Assembly: GCA_002269645.1 (NCBI GenBank)
Contig: NIVC01001237.1
Coordinates: 310,001-374,000, forward strand
Direction of reading: 5' to 3'
Length of the DNA stretch: 64,000 nucleotides
DNA from: Macrostomum lignano
Taxonomy: Eukaryota
Shown: in pieces, positions 1-13,250 of the stretch
How the letters are laid out: every line of letters starts with the position of its first letter
Position numbering within the stretch: position 1 is the first letter of the stretch
Notes under the pieces: model-generated
Database searches by the model: none
The model's input: only the letters and a program-made list of their open reading frames with translations
What the model was told of the DNA's origin: nothing
Made by a program: the position numbers and the translations under genes

Positions 1-1820
1 TGACGCTTCTATGATTTTTTTAAATGACGCTTCTATGAGTTTTATATGACGCTTCTATGCTTTCTACATGACGCTTCTATGCTTTTTACATGACGCTTCT
101 ATGCTTTTTACATGACGCTTCTATGATTGTTTACATGACGCTTCTATGATTTTTTCATGACGCTTCTATGATTGTTTACATGACACTTCTATGATTGTTT
201 ACATGACGCTTCTATGATTGTTTACATGACACTTCTATGATTGTTTACATGACGCTTCTATGATTTTTTCATGACGCTTCTATGATTTTTTAAATGACGC
301 TTCTATGATTGTTTACATGACGCTTCTATGATTTTTACATGACGCTTCTATGATTGTTTACATGACGCTTCTATGATTGTTTACATAGCGCTTCTATGAT
401 TTTTTAAATGACGCTTCTATGATTGTTTACATGGCGCTTCTATGATTGTTTACATGACGCTTCTATGATTTTTTAAATTACGCTTCTATGATTGTTTACA
501 TGACGCTTCTATGATTGTTTACATGACGCTTCTATTATTGTTTACATGACGCTTCTATGATTTTTTACATGACGCTTCTATGATTTTTACATGACGCTTC
601 TATGATTGTTTACATGACGCTTCTATGATTGTTTACATGACGCTTCTATGATTTTTTACATGACGCTTCTATGATTTTTACATGACGCTTCTATGATTGT
701 TTACATGACGCTTCTATGATTTTTATATGACGCTTCTACGATTTTTTTACATGACGCTTTTATGATTTTTTACATGACGCTTCTATGATTCATTACATGA
801 CGCTTCTATGATTCTTAGATGACGCTTCTACGATTTTTTACATGACGCTTCTATGATTGTTTACATGACGCTTCTATGATTGTTTACATGACGCTTCTAT
901 GATTGTTTACATGACGCTTTTATGATTTTTACATGACGCTTCTATGATTGTTTACATGACGCTTCTATGATTTTTATATGACGCTTCTACGATTTTTTTA
1001 CATGACGCTTTTATGATTTTTTACATGACGCTTCTATGATTCATTACATGACGCTTCTATGATTTTTAGATGATGCTTCTATGATTTTTTACATGACGCT
1101 TCTATGATTGTTTACATGACGCTTCTATGATTGTTTATATGACGCTTCTATGATTTTTTAAATGACGCTTTTATGATTTTTACATGACGCTTCTATGATT
1201 GTTTACATGACGCTTCTATGATTTTTATATGACGCTTCTACGATTTTTTTACATGACGCTTTTATGATTTTTTACATGACGCTTCTATGATTCATTACAT
1301 GACGCTTCTATGATTTTTAGATGATGCTTCTATGATTTTTTACATGACGCTTCTATGATTGTTTACATGACGCTTCTATGATTGTTTATATGACGCTTCT
1401 ATGATTTTTTAAATGACGCTTCTATGATTGTTTACATGACGCTTCTATGATTGTTTACATGACGCTTCTATGATTTTTACATGACGCTTCTATGATTGTT
1501 TACATGACGCTTCTATGATTCATTACATGACGCTTCTATCATTTTTTAAAATGAGGCTTTTATGATTTTTACATGACGCTTCTATGACTGTTTACATGAC
1601 GCTTCTATGATTGTTTACATGACGCTTCTATGATTTATTACATGACGCTTCTATGATTGTTTACATGACGCTTCTATGATTGTTTACATGACGCTTCTAT
1701 GATTTTTTAAATGACGCTTCTACGATTTTTATATGACGCTTCTACGATTTTTTACATGACGCTTTTATGATTGTTTACATGACGTCATGACGTACATGAC
1801 GTCATTACATGACGCTTCTT
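1..1820. repeat. 23-bp satellite array (ATGACGCTTCTATGATTGTTTAC) in copy A
   Basis: Direct reading of tandem monomers, with variants in the T-run. Confidence 0.97.
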
Positions 1821-2456
1821 TTTAAAAAGTCTTTTAGTTTTCCTGACGTTGAAAAGCTTTATTTAAAAAAATTATACTCTATGAAAATTCGAATCATCGT
1901 CGCTGCATTTAGCAGTTCAGTTTGTTCACCTCTAGGCTAGCTCTCGTCGTTTTGATAACATCAAATTTTGCACTTATATAATAATTCAACACTTTAAAAT
2001 CCAAGCATAGAGTAAATCACACGAAGCAGTTATGACATAATCAGTTTCTCAGTCAGTCAGTATCAGTTAACAATATGGTTACGCAATTTAAATCAAGTCT
2101 GGTGCTAGGCTTCCACACTGCATTTTCAATTCAAGTCAGAGTTACAATTCAGTTATGATGCAATCTATTTCAGAGTCAGAATTCAACCAGTCAGTTTTTT
2201 CTCTAGCATTCTTACAATGCATTTCAAGTCAAAAAGTTTGATTGACCTTTGCAAAAAAGCATGTTTTTCGAATATTTAATGCCTCTAGCATTGAGCAATT
2301 TCTTAGCCACGATGCATGTACCGTCACGGGAAAATTTCTGATCGAACAGTGCAAGTTCGAACAAAATCGGTCCAGCCATTTTTTCTCTAATCGATCACAT
2401 AGATAGATAGATAGATAGATAGATAGACACAGACAGACCATTTTTAGTATATAGGA
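1..2456 (-). mobile_element. Non-autonomous Helitron, family 1, copy A (3' part outside window)
   Basis: 5' end reads TC-CTATATACTAAAAATGG on minus (plus ...TATAGGA at 2456), followed by a (TGTC/TATC)n microsatellite, a ~640-bp body shared with copies B and C, then the 23-bp satellite. It abuts the CTAG end of copy B directly. Confidence 0.75.
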
Positions 2457-2686
2457 CTAGCAATCTACGCCCCCCGTTGGGGAGCCAAAGAAATGCAATA
2501 CACGTTTTTTTAATAAGCTACATGTACCAGGGTATCCTTGAAATCTTAAAAAATCTTCTGTCAAACCTTGTAAGCCTTGACATGTCAGTTATCCCCCCCA
2601 CAAGCTTTAACATATCAACTTCCCCCCTTGACGTCTCAGCAATGCCCCCAATAAGCCTTGGAAATCTAAAAATATCTGTCAACCTT

Positions 2687-2742
2687 CTAACCCTAACCCT
2701 AGCCTAACCCTAACCCTAACCCTAACCCTAACCTAACCCTAA
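2687..2742 (-). repeat. Interstitial (TTAGGG)n-type telomeric repeat inside Helitron copy B
   Basis: Plus strand ~9 units of TAACCC with minor variants. Confidence 0.9.
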
Positions 2743-3597
2743 AGCATTGAAATTTCAGTAATTCTCTCTAAGAGTCATTATAGCACTACTACAGCATTAT
2801 AGCGATTCCCTGCAAGCCTCGACATCGTAGGGATTCCCAAATGAATCTCTTAACTTCGACATGAAGCTTCTTTTATTTTTTACATTACGCTTTTTTATCA
2901 GCGATCCCTCCCCTGAGGAGGCATCAAATAATGTAATAAAAAGTTTTCAATAAACTACATGTAGCTTCTGACTTTAGCCTTGAAATCTCATTTATACCCC
3001 CGTGAGCCTTGACATCTCAGCTATTCCCCCGTAAGCCTTGACATGTCAGCAATGGCCCCCATAAATATTGAAATCTAAAAAATCCCCTGTTAACCTTGAA
3101 ACCCGATAAAATATAACCCTCAACCCACACCTGAACTAAACCTAACTTTAACCCAACCTAAAGCCTTGAAATCTCAGCAATTCTTCTCCCCTAAGCCTTG
3201 ACATTTTAGTGATTCCTTCTTTAAGAATCACAGCACTATAACGATTTCCACCAAGCTTTGACATCGTAGCAATTCCCAAATGAATCTTTTAACTTCGACA
3301 TGACTTTTCTTTTATGTATACATAGTGCTACTTTTATTTTTTACATGACTTTTCTTCTATCAGCGCCCCCCCGTGACATGAGCTTTGAAGTAGCTTCTGA
3401 CTTTTGCTTTGACATCTCAGAAACCCCCCCCGTAATCTCAGTTATTCTCTGAGAGCCTTTACGTCTCAGTTTTTCTCCCCAGCACAGCACTATAATTGCA
3501 TTTAATTTTTACATGAACCCTTCATGTCTGACATGACGTTTCTTTTATTCTACCGTGACGCTTCTTAATTTTTTAAATGACACTTTAATTAGTTTTT

Positions 3598-5360
3598 AAA
3601 TGAGGCTTCTATGATTTTTTACATGACGCTTCTATGATTTTTTACATGACGCTTCTATGATTTTTATATGACGCTTCTATGATTGTTTACATGACGCTTC
3701 TATGATTGTTTACATGACGCTTCTATGATTGTTTACATGACGCTTCTACGATTGTTTACATGACGCTTCTATGATTGTTTACATGACGCTTCTATGATTT
3801 TTTACATGGCGCTTCTATGATTTTTTACATGACGCTTCTATGATTGTTTACATGACGCTTCTATGATTGTTTACATGACGCTTCTATGATTGTTTACATG
3901 ACGCTTCTACGATTTTTATATGACGCTTCTATGATTTTTTAAATGACGCATCTATGATTTTTTAATGACGCTTCTATGATTTTTTAAATGACGCATCTAT
4001 GATTTTTATATGACGCTTCTATGATTTTTTAAATGACGCTTCTATGATTGTTTACATGACGCTTCTATGATTTTTTAATGACGCTTCTATGATTTTTTAA
4101 ATGACGCATCTATGGTTTTTATAAGACGCTTCTATGATTTTTTAAATGACGCTTCTATGATTGTTTACATGACGCTTCTATGATTTTTATATGATGCTTC
4201 TATGATTTTTTAAATGACGCTTCTATGATTTTTATATGATGCTTCTATGATTTTTTAAATGACGCTTCTATGATTTTTTAAATGACGCTTCTATGATTGT
4301 TTACATGACGCTTCTATGATTTTTTAAATGACGCTTCTATGATTTTTATATGACGCTTCTATGATTTTTTAAATGACGCTTCTATGATTTTTTACATGAC
4401 GCTTCTATGATTGTTTACATGACGCTTCTATGATTGTTTACATGACGCTTCTATGATTTTTAATGACGCTTCTATGATTTTTTAAAAGACGCTTCTATGA
4501 TTTTTAATGACGCTTCTATGATTTTTTACATGACGCTTCTATGATTTTTTAAAAGACGCTTCTATGATTTTTAATGACGCTTCTATGAATTTTTACATGA
4601 CGCTTCTATGATTTTTAAATGACGCTTCTATGATTGTTTACATGACGCTTCGATGATTGTTTAGATGACGCTTCTATGATTTTTTACATGACGCTTCTAT
4701 GATTTTTTACATGACGCTTCTATGATTGTTTAGATGACGCTTCTATGATTGTTTACATGACGCTTCTATGATTGTTTACATGACGCTTCTATGATTGTTT
4801 ACATGACGCTTCTATGATTGTTTACATGACGCTTCTATGATTGTTTACATGACGCTTCTATGATTGTTTACATGACGCTTCTATGATTGTTTACATGACG
4901 CTTCTATGATTGTTTACATGACGCTTCTATGATTTTTAAATGACGCTTCTATGATTGTTTACATGACGCTTCGATGATTGTTTAGATGACGCTTCTATGA
5001 TTTTTTACATGACGCTTCTGTGATTTTTTACATGACGCTTCTATGATTGTTTACATGACGCTTCTATGATTGTTTACATGACGCTTCTATGATTGTTTAC
5101 ATGACGCTTCTATGATTGTTTACATGACGCTTCTATGATTGTTTACATGACGCTTCTATGATTGTTTACATGACGCTTCTATGATTGTTTACATGACGCT
5201 TCTATGATTGTTTACATGACGCTTCTATGATTTTTAAATGACGCTTCTATGATTGTTTACATGACGCTTCGATGATTGTTTAGATGACGCTTCTATGATT
5301 TTTTACATGACGCTTCTATGATTTTTTAAATGACGCTTCCATGATTTTTACATGACGTTT
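3598..5360. repeat. 23-bp satellite array in copy B
   Basis: Same monomer as 1-1820. Confidence 0.97.
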
Positions 5361-5955
5361 CTTTTTAAAAAGTCTTTTAGTTTTCCTGACGTTGAAAAGC
5401 TTCAATTAAAAAAATTATACTCTATGAAAATTCGAACCATCGTCGCTGCATTTAGCAGTTCAGTTTGTTCACCTCTAGGCTAGAGGTGACCTCTAACATC
5501 AAACTTGTTCACCTCTAACATCAAATTTTGCACTTATATAATTCAACACTTTTAAATCCAAGCATAGAGTAAATCACACGAAGCATTTATGACATAATCA
5601 GTTTCTCAGTCAGTCAGTATCAGTTAACAATGTGGTTACGCAATTTAAATCAAGTCTGGTGCTACGCTTCCACACTGCATTTTCAATTCAAGTCGGAGTT
5701 ACAATTCAGTTATGATGCAATCTATTTCAGAATCAGAATTCAACCAGTCAGTTTTTTCTCTAGCATTCTTACAATGCATTTCAAGTCGAAAAGTTTGCTT
5801 GACCTTTGCAAAAAAGTATGTTTTTCGAATATTTAATGCCTTTAGCATCGAGCAATTTCTTAGCCACGATGCATGTACCGTCACGGGAAAATTTCTGATC
5901 GAACAGTGCAAGTTCGAACAAAATCGGTCCAGCCATTTTTTCTCTAATCGATCAC

Positions 5956-5988
<33 letters not shown>

Positions 5989-6249
5989 CACAGACAGACC
6001 ATTTTTAGTATATAGGACTAGCAATCTACGCCCCCCGTTGGGGAGCCAAAGAAATGCAATACACGTTTTTTTAATAAGCTACATGTACCAGGGTATCCTT
6101 GAAATCTTAAAAAATCTTCTGTCAAACCTTGTAAGCCTTGACATGTCAGTTATCCCCCCCCACAAGCTTTAACATATCAACTTCCCCCCCTTGACGTCTC
6201 AGCAATGCCCCCAATAAGCCTTGGAAATCTAAAAATATCTGTCAACCTT

Positions 6250-6305
6250 CTAACCCTAACCCTAGCCTAACCCTAACCCTAACCCTAACCCTAACCTAAC
6301 CCTAA
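6250..6305 (-). repeat. Interstitial (TTAGGG)n-type telomeric repeat inside Helitron copy C
   Basis: Identical to the tract at 2687-2742. Confidence 0.9.
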
Positions 6306-7159
6306 AGCATTGAAATTTCAGTAATTCTCTCTAAGAGTCATTATAGCACTACTACAGCATTATAGCGATTCCCTGCAAGCCTCGACATCGTAGGGATTCC
6401 CAAATGAATCTCTTAACTTCGACATGAAGCTTCTTTTATTTTTTACATTACGCTTTTTTATCAGCGATCCCTCCCCTGAGGAGGCATCAAATAATGTAAT
6501 AAAAAGTTTTCAATAAACTACATGTAGCTTCTGACTTTAGCCTTGAAATCTCATTTATACCCCCGTGAGCCTTGACATCTCAGCTATTCCCCCCGTAAGC
6601 CTTGACATGTCAGCAATGGCCCCCATAAATATTGAAATCTAAAAAATCCCCTGTTAACCTTGAAACCCGATAAAATATAACCCTCAACCCACACCTGAAC
6701 TAAACCTAACTTTAACCCAACCTAAAGCCTTGAAATCTCAGCAATTCTTCTCCCCTAAGCCTTGACATTTTAGTGATTCCTTCTTTAAGAATCACAGCAC
6801 TATAACGATTTCCACCAAGCTTTGACATCGTAGCAATTCCCAAATGAATCTTTTAACTTCGACATGACTTTTCTTTTATGTATACATAGTGCTACTTTTA
6901 TTTTTTACATGACTTTTCTTCTATCAGCGCCCCCCCCGTGACATGAGCTTTGAAGTAGCTTCTGACTTTTGCTTTGACATCTCAGAAACCCCCCCCCCGT
7001 AATCTCAGTTATTCTCTGAGAGCCTTTACGTCTCAGTTTTTCTCCCCAGCACAGCACTATAATTGCATTTAATTTTTACATGAACCCTTCATGTCTGACA
7101 TGACGTTTCTTTTATTCTACCGTGACGCTTCTTAATTTTTTAAATGACACTTTAATTAG

Positions 7160-8522
7160 TTTTTAAATGAGGCTTCTATGATTTTTTACATGACGCTTCT
7201 ATGATTTTTTACATGACGCTTCTATGATTTTTATATGACGCTTCTATGATTGTTTACATGACGCTTCTATGATTGTTTACATGACGCTTCTATGATTGTT
7301 TACATGACGCTTCTACGATTGTTTACATGACGCTTCTATGATTGTTTACATGACGCTTCTATGATTTTTTACATGGCGCTTCTATGATTTTTTACATGAC
7401 GCTTCTATGATTGTTTACATGACGCTTCTATGATTGTTTACATGACGCTTCTATGATTGTTTACATGACGCTTCTACGATTTTTATATGACGCTTCTATG
7501 ATTTTTTAAATGACGCATCTATGATTTTTTAATGACGCTTCTATGATTTTTTAAATGACGCATCTATGATTTTTATATGACGCTTCTATGATTTTTTAAA
7601 TGACGCTTCTATGATTGTTTACATGACGCTTCTATGATTTTTTAATGACGCTTCTATGATTTTTTAAATGACGCATCTATGGTTTTTATAAGACGCTTCT
7701 ATGATTTTTTAAATGACGCTTCTATGATTGTTTACATGACGCTTCTATGATTTTTATATGATGCTTCTATGATTTTTTAAATGACGCTTCTATGATTGTT
7801 TACATGACGCTTCGATGATTGTTTAGATGACGCTTCTATGATTTTTTACATGACGCTTCTATGATTTTTTACATGACGCTTCTATGATTGTTTAGATGAC
7901 GCTTCTATGATTGTTTACATGACGCTTCTATGATTGTTTACATGACGCTTCTATGATTGTTTACATGACGCTTCTATGATTGTTTACATGACGCTTCTAT
8001 GATTGTTTACATGACGCTTCTATGATTGTTTACATGACGCTTCTATGATTGTTTACATGACGCTTCTATGATTGTTTACATGACGCTTCTATGATTTTTA
8101 AATGACGCTTCTATGATTGTTTACATGACGCTTCGATGATTGTTTAGATGACGCTTCTATGATTTTTTACATGACGCTTCTGTGATTTTTTACATGACGC
8201 TTCTATGATTGTTTACATGACGCTTCTATGATTGTTTACATGACGCTTCTATGATTGTTTACATGACGCTTCTATGATTGTTTACATGACGCTTCTATGA
8301 TTGTTTACATGACGCTTCTATGATTGTTTACATGACGCTTCTATGATTGTTTACATGACGCTTCTATGATTGTTTACATGACGCTTCTATGATTTTTAAA
8401 TGACGCTTCTATGATTGTTTACATGACGCTTCGATGATTGTTTAGATGACGCTTCTATGATTTTTTACATGACGCTTCTATGATTTTTTAAATGACGCTT
8501 CCATGATTTTTACATGACGTTT
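7160..8522. repeat. 23-bp satellite array in copy C
   Basis: Same monomer, with largely the same variant order as copy B. Confidence 0.97.
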
Positions 8523-9117
8523 CTTTTTAAAAAGTCTTTTAGTTTTCCTGACGTTGAAAAGCTTCAATTAAAAAAATTATACTCTATGAAAATTCGAACC
8601 ATCGTCGCTGCATTTAGCAGTTCAGTTTGTTCACCTCTAGGCTAGAGGTGACCTCTAACATCAAACTTGTTCACCTCTAACATCAAATTTTGCACTTATA
8701 TAATTCAACACTTTTAAATCCAAGCATAGAGTAAATCACACGAAGCATTTATGACATAATCAGTTTCTCAGTCAGTCAGTATCAGTTAACAATGTGGTTA
8801 CGCAATTTAAATCAAGTCTGGTGCTACGCTTCCACACTGCATTTTCAATTCAAGTCGGAGTTACAATTCAGTTATGATGCAATCTATTTCAGAATCAGAA
8901 TTCAACCAGTCAGTTTTTTCTCTAGCATTCTTACAATGCATTTCAAGTCGAAAAGTTTGCTTGACCTTTGCAAAAAAGTATGTTTTTCGAATATTTAATG
9001 CCTTTAGCATCGAGCAATTTCTTAGCCACGATGCATGTACCGTCACGGGAAAATTTCTGATCGAACAGTGCAAGTTCGAACAAAATCGGTCCAGCCATTT
9101 TTTCTCTAATCGATCAC

Positions 9118-9150
<33 letters not shown>

Positions 9151-9180
9151 CACAGACAGACCATTTTTAGTATATAGGAT

Positions 9181-9480
9181 TATATTCTGCACTTTTATTT
9201 CAGTCCATATGCGGCGCACAGGTAAAGCTATTAATTATTACCTTCTAAATGCCATCATTTTTCGCACACCATTATATTCTGCACTTTTATTTCAGTCCAT
9301 ATGCGGCGCACAGGTAAAGCTATTAATTATTACCTTCTAAATGCCATCATTTTTCGCACACCATTACATTCTGCACTTTTATTTCAGTCCATATGCGGCG
9401 CACAGGTAAAGCTATTAATTATTACCTTCTAAATGCCAACATTTTTCGCATGCCATTACATTCTGCACTTTTATTTCAGT
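9181..9480. repeat. 92-bp tandem repeat, ~3.3 copies
   Basis: Units start at 9181, 9273, 9365 and 9457. Confidence 0.92.
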
Positions 9481-9730
9481 CAAAAATTTATCACTTTTTT
9501 AGAATGAATGCATTGACAGCTGGCTTGGTTAGCCAACTGTCTCAGGGTTCTTATTAAATCAAGACAGGAAGCAAATACTCTCCACCCAGTTACCACGAAT
9601 AGATCGTATAGTAACAAAAACAGCTGTACTTAACTTGTTATCTCTTATAGGTTCTGAAATTCATCGCTTATAGGCTACATGCAACGGCCGTACATTTTTA
9701 AAATACCAAGCCATAAATCTTAAACGGAAC

Positions 9731-9852
9731 GAGGGGCGCACTCAAAAAATTTTAGGGGGGGGGGGTGTTACGGAGAGAGGTGGCACTGGCAAGAGGGGGC
9801 AGACCCCGGAATTTTCCTCCCTTGACCCCTCCCCCTCTGGGTGCAACCCCTG
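9731..9852. mobile_element. Possible ~120-bp MITE
   Basis: Imperfect terminal inverted repeats AGGGGCGCACTCA / revcomp AGGGGTTGCACCCA around a GC-rich island in AT-rich DNA. No TSD established. Confidence 0.4.
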
Positions 9853-11839
9853 AACTGCATGGACTCGAGTCGAGCTTAAAAAAACTGTTTGTATATATAA
9901 CTGTAAGTTCCAATTAATGTACTGAGTTCAAAAGGAGGGCACAAAAAAGATTTGGATAGTAACGGATTTTTTACGAGGGGCCGGCGTTAGAGATATAGCT
10001 ATCAAATATTTCAAAATAGCTGCGGGTATTCAATATAGTGTGATCAGATTGAATTCAATTAAATTCTGAGCAACGTACGAGCGTATGTGGGCTTGGCATC
10101 TACATTGCAGTTGGTGTTCCCATGTGTAATAGTGCAACCAAGCGAGGTCCCTGGAGCGAAAACCTGGATCTGCCAAGTACAGCATGAGCATGAGGTCATG
10201 ACCTCAGAAGTACATGCAAACTTTGATGGGACTAAAAGAAGTCTATCTAAAATAAAAAATGATTGTGCCATTGGTCCGATCTATGGTATTTTGCATATTT
10301 CACATGTCCGATACTAGCTACAACTGTTCTAACAGATGAATGCAAGCATTTTGCAAAAGTATGCAACCATTGTTTTCTAACAATTTGTTCGCAAATCTCC
10401 CTTCGATCTGCCCTATCCACTGATATCTTCAAGTTTGCATATTTTTCACCTAATTCAAGCATCTCCACCGCATGGACTCCCGAAATATAAACGGAGCGCA
10501 TCACACCGCAATACTTATTTGCGAGCGGCAAGGCTCAGACCACAGTTTGCAGTGCTTTAAAAACGGCTTTTTGATTTCGCAAATATTTCCTTTTTGCATA
10601 ACGCTGAATGTGATTTCAGCTGCAAAAATTTGACTGCTATTGATAATTCCTGATCGGCTAGAAAAAACGTCACAGATAGATTGGAAAACGTGTACATGTA
10701 CATGTACCTTGCACTCATATGCACATACGTGCATCTCTGTATTACATTTATTACATTAAATGTATCAAGAAGTTTGGTATATTTTGAAGAGATGTCAGAA
10801 TTGTCAAAATCAGTATTTATCGATCAGTACCCTTTGAAAAAATGCATGTACATGTAGCTCACACTGTACCTGTGCAAAGTTGCCGCAGTGCGCGAGAGTA
10901 AAGGATATTTGCATTTAAAAATCGGAGGCAAAAGATCAAATGTGTGAAAAATTCTGTAATTTATTATAGTGCCTGAAATTCAGAAATGAATTAAAAGCGA
11001 GAGAGTGAGTGAGTGAGTGAGTGAGTGAGTGAGTGAGTAAGAGAGTGAGAGTGAGAAAGTGTGTCAGTGTGGGAGTGGGTGTGAAATGAGTGAGAGAGAG
11101 AGTGAGAGTGAGAGAGATCGAGATCTCCTAACCCCTCTCCATAAATTCTCTCATTACATGTGCATGTAAATTTACTCTCATCTCCTCCCTTTGCTTTCTC
11201 CGAAATTCCCGGCTTTGAGTACACAATGAAATACACACAGTGCTCGTGCTCGTACATTTCCAGACATGTAACATATCATAGGCATTGGGCCTAAGATGCG
11301 CTTTTTCTGTTATGTGAGTGAACGATAGTTGTTAACTTGCTTTCGTCAAAATACATGTAAACCTTCGTCAAAATGAATGACACCTCTAAATCCACATACC
11401 ATAGCACATATCAAGACGCTTAGATTTGTTTGTCCGTAATGCACTACGCACCCAGACGCCGAATATACGAATGTGCGAGCTCGTAAAAAACTTTTCAAAT
11501 TACAGCAACCTGCAATTGCATTTTGAGAGGCGCTTTTTTGAAAGTGAAGTTAAATCTAATTACTCAAGCTTTTGCTCTCAAAAGCATTATTCATGCTCAT
11601 CTACTGCTAAAAGTAACAAATTGTGGTTTTGTTAAAGATATTGTTAAAATTGCCTGGTTGACTTGCAATCGTTTTGGGCCACTTATTCGTGACCAATCTT
11701 GGGACGCTTCCTCCTCATCTAACTCCACAACCCATCACAACCAATAGCAATGCTGGAAGATTAGTAGCTCCCCCTCAATTCCAGTAGCCAGTAAGAGCTG
11801 TGGCGGTCTTGGTGTGTGGCGGTCTTGGTCATGCGCCGT

Positions 11840-11965
11840 CCTGCCTCACTGACAGTCAAATAAGCATGTCACTATTTAGCTGGCAGTCCTGCCCCACTGC
11901 TTGTCAAATAGGCCTAAGCTTGTCACTATCTCGACACTATTTAGCCGGCAGTCCTGCCCCACTAT
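11840..11965 (-). repeat. Degenerate 48-bp repeat, inverted relative to 14745-15000
   Basis: Reverse complement matches GCTTATTTGAC..CAGTGGGGCAGGACTG..AGCTAAATAGTGAC. Confidence 0.8.
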
Positions 11966-12519
11966 ATTTATTCAAGATATTTAAACATTGAGCAATAGGC
12001 CCTACAAAATTAGTTACAGTGAATAGAAATCAAATGCAAATTCAGTACAATTTCATTACTTACTTTCAATTTCAAGTTCATTTAATTGTTTCTGGAAGTC
12101 TTGCATATTCTATAAATTATTTGTAGTGCTCAGCAAAAGACATATTAAACAAATTAAAAATTAATTATGCATGTTTTACTTTCACTTCAATCTCTGAGTC
12201 AAAACCACTCATTAAAGCCTAAAAACCACTGTAAATACCTTTATTGAAAAACTCCAAAATTGTAATATATATAATACAAGCTGTTGAAACCCGCGGATTT
12301 TGAACCCAGGGAATTCTAATACCTGGAACTACTTTTGCATGTATTCTGAAATCTAAGGCCATACACAAACAAAAACTTGTTAATAGTTAGTAGGATAGTG
12401 GTAGACATAAAATGGAGCACATTTGTGTAAAATTAGGGTTTGAGACATTGTTGGCTGGGGTACTGCGCAGAATGTCAGGCAATGTCTGTCTGACTCTAAA
12501 ATATGTATTGCTAAACTCT

Positions 12520-12939
12520 GGCCTCTCCCTGACTCTCCCTATATCCCTTGGATCCTTTAAAATTTCTATCGTCTCTTTGTTTCCTCTTATCTCTCTCGTC
12601 CCTCGTCTCTCCTCTCTCCTCTCTCCCCTTTTCTCTCGTATGTTCCCTCATCTCTCTTCTCTTTCATCTCTCTTATCTCATCTCTTGTTTCTTCTTTTCT
12701 CTCTTCTCTCCTCTCCTCTTTCCTCTCTCTCCCTCTCCTCTCTCCTTTTACCCCCTCTTCTCTCTTATCTTTCTTCTCCTTTCTATTATTTTCTCTCTTC
12801 TCTTAACTCTCTCCTCTACTCTCTCATCTCTCCCCTCTTCCCTTGTCTCTTCCCTCACCTCTTTTCTCTTGTCTTTGCTCTCTCATCTTTCTTTTTTCTT
12901 CTTTTATCTTTTCTCTCTTATCTCTTCTCATTTCTTTTG

Positions 12940-13026
<87 letters not shown>

Positions 13027-13049
13027 GTCTTTCTCTCTTATCTCTGCTC

Positions 13050-13105
<56 letters not shown>

Positions 13106-13250
13106 GTCTTTCTTTCTTATCTCTCCTCCTCTCTCTACACTCTCCCCTCTCTATTCTTCTCTTTCCTCTCTCCTCACTCACTTCTCTACCTTTGTCTCCT
13201 CTCTCCTCTTGTCTCTGTAACCTCTCCTCTATTTCTACTCTCCCATCTTT
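12520..13250. repeat. CT-rich low-complexity tract with pure (CT)n core
   Basis: (CT)n at ~12943-13020 within degenerate pyrimidine sequence. Confidence 0.95.

Larger units (their letters stand above)
2457..6017 (-). mobile_element. Non-autonomous Helitron, family 1, copy B (3561 bp)
   Basis: 3' CTAG at 2457-2460. GC hairpin at 2469-2485 (minus GCTCCCC-AAC-GGGGGGC), 8 nt from CTAG. 5' TC at 6017-6016. No TSD or TIR, and no Rep/helicase ORF. Confidence 0.8.
6018..9179 (-). mobile_element. Non-autonomous Helitron, family 1, copy C (3162 bp)
   Basis: Near-identical to copy B: CTAG at 6018-6021 with the same hairpin; 5' TC at 9179-9178 preceded on minus by A (9180). It is ~400 bp shorter, and the difference lies within the satellite array. 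Confidence 0.8.

Noticed and set aside
2687-2742. True telomere or chromosome fusion site
   Set aside because: Only ~9 units, embedded at the same position in two mobile-element copies.
2229-9125. Repeated 68-83-aa ORFs (also 16327-16521) as Helitron-encoded proteins
   Set aside because: They are short, overlap on both strands, have no Rep HUH or helicase motifs, and frames are not conserved between families 1 and 2.
10059-10734. Chain of minus-strand ORFs as a decayed transposase
   Set aside because: No recognisable catalytic motif; a translated HMM search would be needed.
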